Source: Candidatus Saccharimonadales bacterium
GTDB lineage: Bacteria > Patescibacteriota > Microgenomatia > Levybacterales > UBA12049
Reading direction: 5' to 3'
Assembly: GCA_035478335.1 (NCBI GenBank)
Contig: DATIJS010000057.1
Coordinates: 8,143 to 72,142 of the forward strand
Length of the DNA stretch: 64,000 nt
Part shown: in pieces, positions 55,895-64,000 of the stretch
Layout: every line of letters starts with the position of its first letter
Position numbering within the stretch: the stretch's first letter is position 1
Notes under the pieces: generated by a model
Told to the model about the DNA's origin: nothing
Seen by the model: only the letters and a program-made list of their open reading frames with translations
Database searches by the model: none
Translations under genes and position numbers: made by a program

Positions 55895-56078
55895 AAGTCG
55901 CTGAATAAAAATAACTTACGCAAACTAACTTATCTTTTTGACGGAATTCTTCGTTGTTAATAAGCTCCCTCCAAAGGCGGGCAGGCAAGTATCCTCTGTT
56001 ACTATCGCAGATTAACGTCTTCAATTCCATTCAAAAATCCTAAGTGATTTTGCACAATTTATTTTTACTCATCGACTT
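55895..56078. repeat. About 185-bp imperfect hairpin (MITE-like or structured RNA)
   Basis: AAGTCGCTGAATAAAAATAA versus reverse complement AAGTCGATGAGTAAAAATAA (18/20), pairing continues inward. Confidence 0.7.
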
Positions 56079-56155
56079 GTTTTGCCTCTAGTAATCAAGC
56101 TAATTTCCTACTATAATCAATACATTCCTTCTGCCTCTGTCCCTCTGGATTCATT

Positions 56156-56947
56156 ATGAAAAAAGAAAATCTATTTATCGCTTTTATTATTATTGTTTTG
56201 ATATTTATCCACGGCTTGTCGGATAATTTTTTCAGAATTGACAGTACGACAGTACTTCTTCTTGTAATTATTATTTTTATTCCATACATTCCTTTGATCA
56301 AGAAAATCAAATACGGCAATTTCGAAGCAGAGATTACAACTGACGAGATTAGGAAAATTGAAAAAAAAGTTGAACAAATTCCTGAGAAAAAGCAGAAAAA
56401 ACTGTCTTCCGAAAAGCCGGATATCCTCAAGGATCTGGTTGATTCAGATCCGGCACTTGCACTAGCAAAAGCAAGAATAGAAATAGAAAAAAGAATCCGC
56501 TCACTTGCCCAGATCTACGCAAAAGACAAGCTAAGAGGAAAGTTTAACTTGACTGAGATTGTAATTAGTCTTTTTGAGAAAGAGGTAATTGAGGAAACGC
56601 TTGAAAATTTGCTTGTGGATATCATTACAGTTGCTAACCGCGCGATTCATGGAGAATTTGTTTCAAAAGATGATGCAATCAGACTGGTAGATATAGCCAA
56701 CCGTGCAATTGAGGAGCTTGAATATGTTGTCATAAATAATGCTCTCAAAACGGGAAAGGTCAAAACAATTACCAAAAGAGCAGCGGATAAGTTCATTAAC
56801 GGAAAATATACCGTTAAGACGATTGTTCCATATTCCAGAAATCCTGAAATCAGGACATATTATCTCAATCAGCCTGAGCTTGATGTATTTCTTGAGGGCT
56901 ACTACGAAACTGCCGAGTATATTGTGAGTGTCGAGAAGAAGAAATAA
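56156..56947 (+). CDS. Membrane-anchored protein with possible HEPN/DUF4145-like domain
   Basis: Two TMs, KIKYGNFEAE, ALAKARIEIEKRIR, ANRAIHG. Confidence 0.65.
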   Translation: MKKENLFIAFIIIVLIFIHGLSDNFFRIDSTTVLLLVIIIFIPYIPLIKKIKYGNFEAEITTDEIRKIEKKVEQIPEKKQKKLSSEKPDILKDLVDSDPALALAKARIEIEKRIRSLAQIYAKDKLRGKFNLTEIVISLFEKEVIEETLENLLVDIITVANRAIHGEFVSKDDAIRLVDIANRAIEELEYVVINNALKTGKVKTITKRAADKFINGKYTVKTIVPYSRNPEIRTYYLNQPELDVFLEGYYETAEYIVSVEKKK

Positions 56948-56981
56948 ACCTCTTAAAATCTGCTATACTTATTTTCCAATT

Positions 56982-57722
56982 ATGATTAATAGAGCTGGAG
57001 ATTTAATGGAGCTTAAGGAGGATGCACTCGATTTGATGCATGATGCCGGATTTGCTATAGAAAATGTCACAGTAGTGCTGGACGAGAAACTTCCATACAT
57101 GGGTCACACTGTTCAGGTGAATGGCGCACCAGTAGTCGTGGTATCGGGAATGGCACTCAAAAGCGGAATGGCTCTTAATCTTTTGATCCATGAATTTGGG
57201 CATGTTTATAGAACTCAATCAGCTCATCCATCACATGACTCAGGTCTCATTCTTTCAGCAATTTCCTTTGTAATGCATGGGAAAGTTGTCCCAAAATACC
57301 AAGAAGAAGTACTTTACGCAATAATAAATCATCTGGAAGATCTATATTCTGATGATATTTTCTTTAAGATTTTTGATTCAGATCGCGCAAATGTGGGCAC
57401 CAATAAATTTTTCCTCGGTTGGATACATAAGCCTGTAAAGAAAGTAAAAAATAAACAGGATTCATGGACAAATGCCGAATTTTTACTAAGCGCTGCTTTT
57501 GCTGATGCAAATCTTCACAGACACAATATAAAAGATGTTGACGGTCTGATCAGAAAAGCAGTTGAGGAATTTTTGAGTAAAATTGATAAGAGAATGAGCA
57601 TAAAATACAATTTTTTCAAAAATCTGATGGTGAATTTGCCAGAGAAAGTGAATGAGAAAGAATATGAGAGATTGTTGATCAGTTATCTCTCAGAATTCCT
57701 CAAAATAGCCAAATTGAAATAA
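56982..57722 (+). CDS. Putative zinc metalloprotease-like protein (HExxH)
   Basis: LPYMG, LLIHEFGHVYR...HPSH, NHLEDLY.DD. Confidence 0.7.
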   Translation: MINRAGDLMELKEDALDLMHDAGFAIENVTVVLDEKLPYMGHTVQVNGAPVVVVSGMALKSGMALNLLIHEFGHVYRTQSAHPSHDSGLILSAISFVMHGKVVPKYQEEVLYAIINHLEDLYSDDIFFKIFDSDRANVGTNKFFLGWIHKPVKKVKNKQDSWTNAEFLLSAAFADANLHRHNIKDVDGLIRKAVEEFLSKIDKRMSIKYNFFKNLMVNLPEKVNEKEYERLLISYLSEFLKIAKLK

Positions 57723-57897
57723 TTCTTATTGATTTGGCACACTATTCTTACCTTGTTATTATTTTTCAGGGCTATTATAAATCCATGAGGGGTCAAAAAT
57801 AGTAGAAATTCATTAAAAACTACAACACTTATTCTTTTCTGCTCAATCTCCAGAACTCGAATTAATCAAAGATTATCACGTAAGAAAGCTTAGATAT

Positions 57898-58287
57898 ATG
57901 GATAATTTCAATAAGTCACTAAATTCTGAGAAGACGATCTTGGTTGCAGATGATAATCGGGATATTCTGGAGTCTATGAAAATCCTGCTTGAAATGGAAG
58001 GATATGATGTCATAACTACGTCTCATGGAGAAGAAATCACAAGTATGCTGCAGCTCAATCCAGATTTGCTGCTGATGGATATTTGGTTAGCAGGAATCGA
58101 CGGGCGCGATGTTTGCCGGCATATTAAATCAAAAAGTGAGACTAGGGGAGTGCCGATTATTATGATTTCAGCAAGTAAAAATATCAAAAGGTCAGCTATG
58201 GATTCAGGCGCAGATGATTTCATCGCAAAGCCTTTTGAGATAGATGATGTTCTTGGTAAGGTAAAAAAGCACTTGTTCTCTAACTAA
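57898..58287 (+). CDS. Single-domain response regulator
   Basis: VADDN, LMDIWL, MISA, IAKPF. Confidence 0.92.
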   Translation: MDNFNKSLNSEKTILVADDNRDILESMKILLEMEGYDVITTSHGEEITSMLQLNPDLLLMDIWLAGIDGRDVCRHIKSKSETRGVPIIMISASKNIKRSAMDSGADDFIAKPFEIDDVLGKVKKHLFSN

Positions 58288-58615
58288 GCTTTTTTTTGGG
58301 CTTTTTTTTGGGGAGGGGGAGGACGGTAGCTGTGATTTTGATTAGCTCGGACATATATTCTTTGTCATCCCAGAAGTCTCCGGTTATCAGATAATACATC
58401 TTGGATCCTGGGTAGGCAGGTGCTTCAGTGGGTTTGCCCAAAAAGTTCTTTCCCGCTTCAGTTAGTTTGACAAAAAGGTGATCATCACAGACAAAAGCGA
58501 CTACTTTCTCATCGCAGTAGAGAGCATACTCTCCAAACATTGACCGTGACCTGATCACTCCAGCTCCTGAGATCTGTTCTGAAATGTACTCAATTGTTGA
58601 TTTTTTCGTCGCCAT
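58280..58615 (-). CDS. TfoX/Sxy N-terminal domain protein
   Basis: R.MFGEYALY...KVVA.VCDD.LFVK, PYPG-like AYPGSK. Confidence 0.9.
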   Translation of the reverse strand: MATKKSTIEYISEQISGAGVIRSRSMFGEYALYCDEKVVAFVCDDHLFVKLTEAGKNFLGKPTEAPAYPGSKMYYLITGDFWDDKEYMSELIKITATVLPLPKKKPKKKLS

Positions 58616-58661
58616 AATTCCATTTTAGCAGATAAAGTTTGATGTTTGCTATAATTTATTC

Positions 58662-59186
58662 ATGATTCAAATAGTTGATGCGGTTGTAGATGATGTTTAT
58701 GCAATACGAGAAGTACAAAAGCAGACTTGGTTCGCAACTTATCCAAATGAAGAATATGGAATTACGCTTGAGGATCTGCAAGCCAGATTTACAAAGGAAA
58801 CAGAGGAGCAGATAGAAAACAGGCGGAAGATTTATTCAGATCCGTCAGTTCATATCTGGGCTGCAAAAGATGGAGAGAAAATAGTCGGGTTCTGTATAGC
58901 CAAAAAAGAAGGAGATTCAAATAGGATCGGTGCGATTTATTTACTGCCTGATTACCATGGACAGGGAATCGGGAAGCAATTGATTTCAAAAGCTTTGAAT
59001 TGGCTCGGAAATGAAAAGGATATTTATGTACATGTAGCAAGTTACAACAATAATGCAATTAAATTTTATGAAAAAAATGGATTTGTCAGAACCGGAAAAG
59101 ATGCATTTGAGAAGTCGGCGATTTTGCCATCAGGAAAATATATTCCGCAGATAGAGATGTTGAAAAAATCAAGCACTCTGGTATAA
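58662..59186 (+). CDS. GNAT acetyltransferase
   Basis: AIYLLPDYHGQGIGKQL, N..AIKFYEKNGF. Confidence 0.92.
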   Translation: MIQIVDAVVDDVYAIREVQKQTWFATYPNEEYGITLEDLQARFTKETEEQIENRRKIYSDPSVHIWAAKDGEKIVGFCIAKKEGDSNRIGAIYLLPDYHGQGIGKQLISKALNWLGNEKDIYVHVASYNNNAIKFYEKNGFVRTGKDAFEKSAILPSGKYIPQIEMLKKSSTLV

Positions 59187-59187
59187 T

Positions 59188-59835
59188 TTGCTCATGAGTG
59201 ACTTTTCGGAAGAAAAATTATTAAAAGATTGTCCTCATTGTGATCCCGATTCATTTGCACTAAAACACCCCTTGGAAGAAACAGGTAATTTTTGGGTTAT
59301 TTGCGATGTGCATCCAATTTCAAAAGGACATGTTCTGATAATTCCTAAAAAACATCTATCCTGTATAGGTGAGTATCCGGAAAATATTTTCAAAGAGTTT
59401 ACTGAACTTTATAAAAAGTTCTCGAAATTTATAGCATATGAGTATGGGTCAATTAGCACATTTGAACATGGAAAGATAAGTCAAACCGTATTTCATTCAC
59501 ATGTTCATTTGTTGCCATTTAAAGGTAAAGCTATTGATATTGTTCCTGAAGGAATGGATAAGCTGAATGAAATCAAAACAATAGATAAATTAAAGGATAT
59601 TTACAAAAAAGAGGGAAATTATTTGTTTTTCTCAATTGGCAATAAGATGTGGGTAGTTGATACTGTTATTGCTAAGCCTAGATTTTTTAGAGATAGATTT
59701 GCAAATGCTTTGGGAAGTGAGCAAAAAGGCAATTGGAAGGAAATGGATACAAATGAAGACCTAATGAGTGAAGCAAAGCGAGACATCTCAGAACTTGAAA
59801 ATAGATGGTCGGAATTTGGACAAAATAATAATTAA
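59188..59835 (+). CDS. HIT domain protein
   Basis: CPHC, HPISKGHVLIIPKKH, FEHG, QTVFHSHVH. Confidence 0.88.
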   Translation: MLMSDFSEEKLLKDCPHCDPDSFALKHPLEETGNFWVICDVHPISKGHVLIIPKKHLSCIGEYPENIFKEFTELYKKFSKFIAYEYGSISTFEHGKISQTVFHSHVHLLPFKGKAIDIVPEGMDKLNEIKTIDKLKDIYKKEGNYLFFSIGNKMWVVDTVIAKPRFFRDRFANALGSEQKGNWKEMDTNEDLMSEAKRDISELENRWSEFGQNNN

Positions 59836-59847
59836 AGAATTTTATTC

Positions 59848-60294
59848 TCAATAAGTATTGTACTTAACTCTTTTTACAATATCCTCAAGACTTACGTTGG
59901 ATTTGATTAGAAATTCAACTGCATTATTATAAAACTGAGTGTCCCTTATATTCTCAATCTCGCCGTTATTGGTAAGAACTACTACCGGGAGATGCTTGAA
60001 TTCATCAATGGCTCTCAGCTTAAAAAGCATTGTTTTTCCATCCATAATAGGCATTAGAAGATCAAGAAGTATCACATCCGGCTTGAATGCTTTTGCTTTT
60101 TCAAGTCCCAGTTCACCGTTCTCAGCTTTTTCAATCTGAAATCCTTCGGCTTTAAATTTGTCTTCCAATGCATTAGCCAGAGCTTCCTCATCCTCAACAA
60201 TCAGGACTTTTTTGGCCGGTTCTGGAGTCTCAACGGGTTGCTCTATAACAGGTTTTTTTCCTGTCAGGATTTTAATATCTTCCAAAATAGCCAT
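59848..60294 (-). CDS. Single-domain response regulator
   Basis: IVEDE, LLDLLMP, LTN, LIKS; ATG 60294 likely start. Confidence 0.9.
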   Translation of the reverse strand: MAILEDIKILTGKKPVIEQPVETPEPAKKVLIVEDEEALANALEDKFKAEGFQIEKAENGELGLEKAKAFKPDVILLDLLMPIMDGKTMLFKLRAIDEFKHLPVVVLTNNGEIENIRDTQFYNNAVEFLIKSNVSLEDIVKRVKYNTY

Positions 60295-60406
60295 AACACA
60301 ATTATCATAAGACTCGGAAGTGTATTTTGTCAACTTATTTTTGTTATATTTTGTTGCGTTAAGTCATATTGACAAAATATGTGGATTGATTTATTCTGGT
60401 TCTACT

Positions 60407-60790
60407 ATGTTAGGCAATGTTCCTGTATGTCCAACGCTTCCATCAACCGATCTTCAAAGAAGCAGGAAATTTTATACTGAAATGCTTGGTTTGAGCGTTA
60501 AGAAAGAATTATCGGGGGCAATTTCATTTAGTGCCGGAAACGGTACAGAAATTAATTTGTACAAAAGGGGTCCTTCAAAAGCAGACCATACAGTTGCAGC
60601 ATTCCGTGTCACCAATCTGGAAGAGACGATAGATGAGTTGATCTCAAAAGGTATCGTTTTTGAACAATATGATTTTCCCGGACTCAAAACAGATGAAAAA
60701 GGGATTGCAGAAATAAGCGCAGAAGGAGAAAGAGGCGCATGGTTCAAGGATCCTGATGGAAACATCCTCGCAATAGGTCAGGAGCTATAA
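60407..60790 (+). CDS. VOC/glyoxalase family protein
   Basis: DL..SRKFY.E.LGL, AWFKDPDGNIL. Confidence 0.92.
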   Translation: MLGNVPVCPTLPSTDLQRSRKFYTEMLGLSVKKELSGAISFSAGNGTEINLYKRGPSKADHTVAAFRVTNLEETIDELISKGIVFEQYDFPGLKTDEKGIAEISAEGERGAWFKDPDGNILAIGQEL

Positions 60791-60895
60791 ATCAAAGTTT
60801 TGCGTTACAAGTTTAATACTTCAAGTACTGAATAGATTAAATTCCCTTAAATATGGAATCATTATTTTCATAGATTCCTGTTATAATATTAATTC

Positions 60896-62065
60896 ATGCT
60901 AAAATCCAACAGAAATCTGTTTTTAATTGTCCTCATTGCTCTGGTGAATATGATCGGATACGGAATCATCATTCCTATTCTGTATGCATACTCAAAAAGA
61001 TTCGGATTATCGGATTTTGATAATGGACTTTTATTTGCGCTTTTCTCAATTTGCCAATTCATCTCAACTCCTATAATCGGACGACTTTCTGACAGATACG
61101 GCAGGCGTCCTATGCTTCTTATGTCAATTGCCGGGACAGCTGTGTCATTTTTTATGACCGCATTCGCACCGAATGCAATTATTCTTTTCCTGTCCCGTGC
61201 TTTGGATGGGATTACTGCCGGGAACATACCTGTTGCATTTGCTGTGATTTCCGATTCTACTGAACCCAAGGATAGGGCAAAGGCATTTGGGATGATTGGC
61301 AGCGCTTTGAGCTTTGGGTTTGTTCTCGGGCCGGCGTTGGCTGCATTTACAGTAGGATTTGGTGCAGCTGTGCCATTTATAGTTGCCGGAGTTATCACAA
61401 CAATTGCGGTGATTTTGACAGCTCTTTTTCTTCCCGAAACAAATAAGCACATGAATGAAGTCGTTCATGGGAAATTGTTTGACTTTCCTAAGATGTGGAG
61501 AACACTGTTTGATCCGAACGTTGGAGCAACTTTTCTGATATCACTTTTCTTCTTTATGGCATTTGCATGCGCTATAATTTATGGATTCCAGCCGTTCACG
61601 TTGCATGTCCTGAAAGTAACTCAAACTCAAAATGCTCTACTTTTTACGATGTTCGGAGCTGTTGGGCTTATCGCCCAGAATTTCATTGTGGCACGTGTTT
61701 CAAAAGCTTTTGGTATGAAAAAAGCATTCACATATTCGATTTTGTTGGTAGCACTATCATTTGTTTTGATGTTTTTTGCAAAAGCACTGCCATTTTTTGT
61801 AGTTGCATCAATTCTTCTGGCTATTGCCAATAGTGTTGTCCAGACTCTTATCCCGACAATTCTTTCAAGTGAAGCAGAACCTTCTTCACAAGGAGCGATT
61901 ATGGGATTGAACGCATCATACCAGAGCATAGGAATGATTATCGGTCCGTTAATCGGAGGAGTGGTTGCGACAATTGCTATTCCGTATAGCTTCTTGACAG
62001 GGGCAGTACTTGTTTTAGTTTGCTATTTGCTTTCATTTAAAGTTCTTCGCCCAAAACAACAATAA
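60896..62065 (+). CDS. MFS transporter (TetA/DHA1-like)
   Basis: GRLSDRYGRRP motif A, RALDGITAG, GFVLGPAL; 12 TMs. Confidence 0.93.
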   Translation: MLKSNRNLFLIVLIALVNMIGYGIIIPILYAYSKRFGLSDFDNGLLFALFSICQFISTPIIGRLSDRYGRRPMLLMSIAGTAVSFFMTAFAPNAIILFLSRALDGITAGNIPVAFAVISDSTEPKDRAKAFGMIGSALSFGFVLGPALAAFTVGFGAAVPFIVAGVITTIAVILTALFLPETNKHMNEVVHGKLFDFPKMWRTLFDPNVGATFLISLFFFMAFACAIIYGFQPFTLHVLKVTQTQNALLFTMFGAVGLIAQNFIVARVSKAFGMKKAFTYSILLVALSFVLMFFAKALPFFVVASILLAIANSVVQTLIPTILSSEAEPSSQGAIMGLNASYQSIGMIIGPLIGGVVATIAIPYSFLTGAVLVLVCYLLSFKVLRPKQQ

Positions 62066-62091
62066 TCCGGCAGAAATGTATCGATAATCTT

Positions 62092-62832
62092 TTAGATTCC
62101 ACTAACGTTGAAGAGACGGCCAACTCCGTAAGTAATTGCCATGGCTAGTGCACCGCCTGTGACAACTCTAAATACAGCCCTTTTTATCTCAGCTCCTCCT
62201 ATTTTGGCGCTCAGTGTACCCGTCAGTCCAAGGGCAATAAGGACTGAGAAAAAAGTGAATGGAATTCGGATATTCACAGGGGAAAGTAAGACCGCGCTAA
62301 TGGGGATTATAGAGCCCAATGTAAATGCGCCTGCTGATGCAAATGCTGCATGCCATGGATCAGTCAGATTATTTGGATCGATATTGAGTTCTGCGTCAAA
62401 ATGTGCAGCTTCTGGGTCTTTTTTGGTGAGTTCTTTTGCAACGATGAGAGCTGTTTCGGGGGATAGTCCCTTCTCCTCGTAAATACAAGCCAATTCTTCA
62501 AGTTCTGCTTCAGGATAATTTTTAAGCTCGAAGCGTTCTTTTTTAAGAAGTGCTTTTTCAGTATCACGGGAGCTACTTACTGAAACATATTCACCGGCTG
62601 CCATTGAGATTGCACCGGCTATTATACCTGCAAGTCCAGCTGTAAAAATTATTTTAGTAGAGCTTGTAGCACCCGCAACACCAACAACCAGACCTGCAAT
62701 TGAGACTATTCCGTCATTTGCTCCCAGAACTGAGGCTCTGAGCCAATTTAATTTGGAGTTATTGTTGGATACGTGTGGTTCTGTGTGATTATGCTTTCTA
62801 AGTGATTTGATTTTATCCAGATTATTGATCAT
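62092..62832 (-). CDS. VIT1/CCC1 family Fe/Mn transporter
   Basis: LRASVLGANDGIVS, SMAAGEYVSVSS. Confidence 0.94.
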   Translation of the reverse strand: MINNLDKIKSLRKHNHTEPHVSNNNSKLNWLRASVLGANDGIVSIAGLVVGVAGATSSTKIIFTAGLAGIIAGAISMAAGEYVSVSSSRDTEKALLKKERFELKNYPEAELEELACIYEEKGLSPETALIVAKELTKKDPEAAHFDAELNIDPNNLTDPWHAAFASAGAFTLGSIIPISAVLLSPVNIRIPFTFFSVLIALGLTGTLSAKIGGAEIKRAVFRVVTGGALAMAITYGVGRLFNVSGI

Positions 62833-62913
62833 AATTGTATTTTAGCAGATTTTCTAAAATATTTTTTTAAATATTCAGCTAATTCTAAGTTTGGGGTTGT
62901 TATAATAATTTTA

Positions 62914-63387
62914 ATGAAAAAAATTTTACTTTCAGTTGGGGTAATTGGGATTTTTATTCTATACAGTTTGCATCAGCGTGATGAAGCAAATAGTGTTCAT
63001 CCTACGTCACAAGACCAATTGCCTTTAAACTCCGTTGGCTCAGACTCATCCGGCAACCCGGCAATATCTTCAGCACCAAGCGCTACATCCAACAATTCAG
63101 TCACATTTAAAAGCGGAACTTTCACAGGAGATGTAGCTGATGCATATTATGGAAATTTGCAAGTTAGTGCAACTATTGTTGATGGCAAGATTACTGATGT
63201 GCAATTTATTCAATATCCAAATGATGTACATGAATCAAGAAGTATCAACACTCAGGCAATGCCTTACCTTAAACAGGAAGCAATTCAAGCTCAAAATTCC
63301 CAAGTGGATATCGTAAGCGGTGCGACGCAGTCCAGTGAGGCATTTAGACAATCCCTCCAGTCCGCACTCACAAAAGCCCGAACATGA
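62914..63387 (+). CDS. Extracytoplasmic FMN-binding protein
   Basis: GTFTG, YG...V...I.DGKITD, DIVSGATQSS flavinylation motif. Confidence 0.92.
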   Translation: MKKILLSVGVIGIFILYSLHQRDEANSVHPTSQDQLPLNSVGSDSSGNPAISSAPSATSNNSVTFKSGTFTGDVADAYYGNLQVSATIVDGKITDVQFIQYPNDVHESRSINTQAMPYLKQEAIQAQNSQVDIVSGATQSSEAFRQSLQSALTKART

Positions 63388-64000
63388 AGCAGACAAAAAT
63401 AATAATGGGAATGCCCATTACAGTTGAAATTGTTGATAATAGCGCAACTGATAAAAGTCTGCAGCAGGTTTTCAATTACTTCAGGCAAATAGATAAAATT
63501 TTCAGTACTTACAAAAAAGACAGCGAAATTTCCAAGATCAACAGGAGAGAAATTGATAAAAAAGATTACACTTTGGAAGTACGCGAAGTTTTGACGCTCT
63601 CTGAAAAAACAAAAAAACAAACAAATGGTTATTTTAATATTTGGCACAATGGGTATTTGGATCCATCAGGACTTGTAAAGGGATTAGCAATTTGGAATGC
63701 ATCAAAGAATCTTAAAAAATATGGCTTTAAAAATTTTTATATTGATGCCGGAGGAGATGTGCAAGTTTACGGATTAAATTCACAAAACAAAAAATGGCGG
63801 GTCGGTATAAAAAATCCGTTTAATCAGAGAGAAATTATTAAAGTTTTATCTTTGACAAATCAGGCAATTGCAACATCCGGAACCTACATCAGGGGAGAGC
63901 ATATTTATAATCCGATTACAAATGTTGAGCAAAAAGAGATCGTAAGTCTTAGTGTGATTGCTCAAAATATTTATGATGCTGACAGGTTTACAACAGCAGC
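63384..64000 (+). CDS. apbE: FAD:protein FMN transferase ApbE (runs off window end; not in ORF track)
   Basis: MKQTKIIMGMPITVEI, FSTYKKDSEIS, LDPSGLVKG, IDAGGDVQ, W.VGIKNP, IATSGTY.RG.HI; ATGA overlap with upstream stop. Confidence 0.92.
   Translation, partial: MKQTKIIMGMPITVEIVDNSATDKSLQQVFNYFRQIDKIFSTYKKDSEISKINRREIDKKDYTLEVREVLTLSEKTKKQTNGYFNIWHNGYLDPSGLVKGLAIWNASKNLKKYGFKNFYIDAGGDVQVYGLNSQNKKWRVGIKNPFNQREIIKVLSLTNQAIATSGTYIRGEHIYNPITNVEQKEIVSLSVIAQNIYDADRFTTA

Noticed and set aside
1-64000. tRNA, rRNA, IS transposase, integrase or prophage genes
   Set aside because: No recognisable signatures by eye; tRNAscan-SE and Infernal would be needed to exclude divergent RNAs

Overview
AT-rich, gene-dense bacterial chromosome segment. 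Gene content suggests a Candidate Phyla Radiation (Patescibacteria, Microgenomates-like) organism; this is an inference from the short EF-Ts and short ProRS, the absence of pyrH/uppS/cdsA/dxr from the rpsB-tsf-frr-rseP-proS block, and many apparently leaderless genes. The first ~40 kb hold housekeeping and central-carbon genes (rpsB, tsf, frr, rseP, pgl, zwf, gdhA, a gnd-like gene, ocd, proS, rpsU, ybeY, dnaX, ybaB, two prs, recR, cysS, class A PBP, msrB, PfkB kinase, class I aldolase, split transketolase, glycerate kinase). The last ~24 kb are accessory: malQ, two-component genes, stress-type small proteins, NRAMP/VIT/MFS transporters, glnA, def and an FMN-binding/ApbE pair. I saw no rRNA, tRNA, CRISPR array or transposase. 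The strongest unexplained signal is a family of degenerate 7-bp (some 8-9-bp) periodic arrays arranged as inverted arms. One pair exactly brackets a four-helix-bundle (IVP/Avd-like) gene, an empty twin lies at 18.6 kb, many similar elements fill intergenic spacers, and several sit in frame inside conserved genes (dnaX, rseP, recR, malQ) and inside a T-box antiterminator. Other highlights are a probable proline T-box with an atypical stem I ahead of ocd-proS, a 6-phosphogluconate dehydrogenase homolog lacking its catalytic residues, several unannotated small ORFs and a pseudogene. All calls are by eye and from recalled family motifs; no searches were run.
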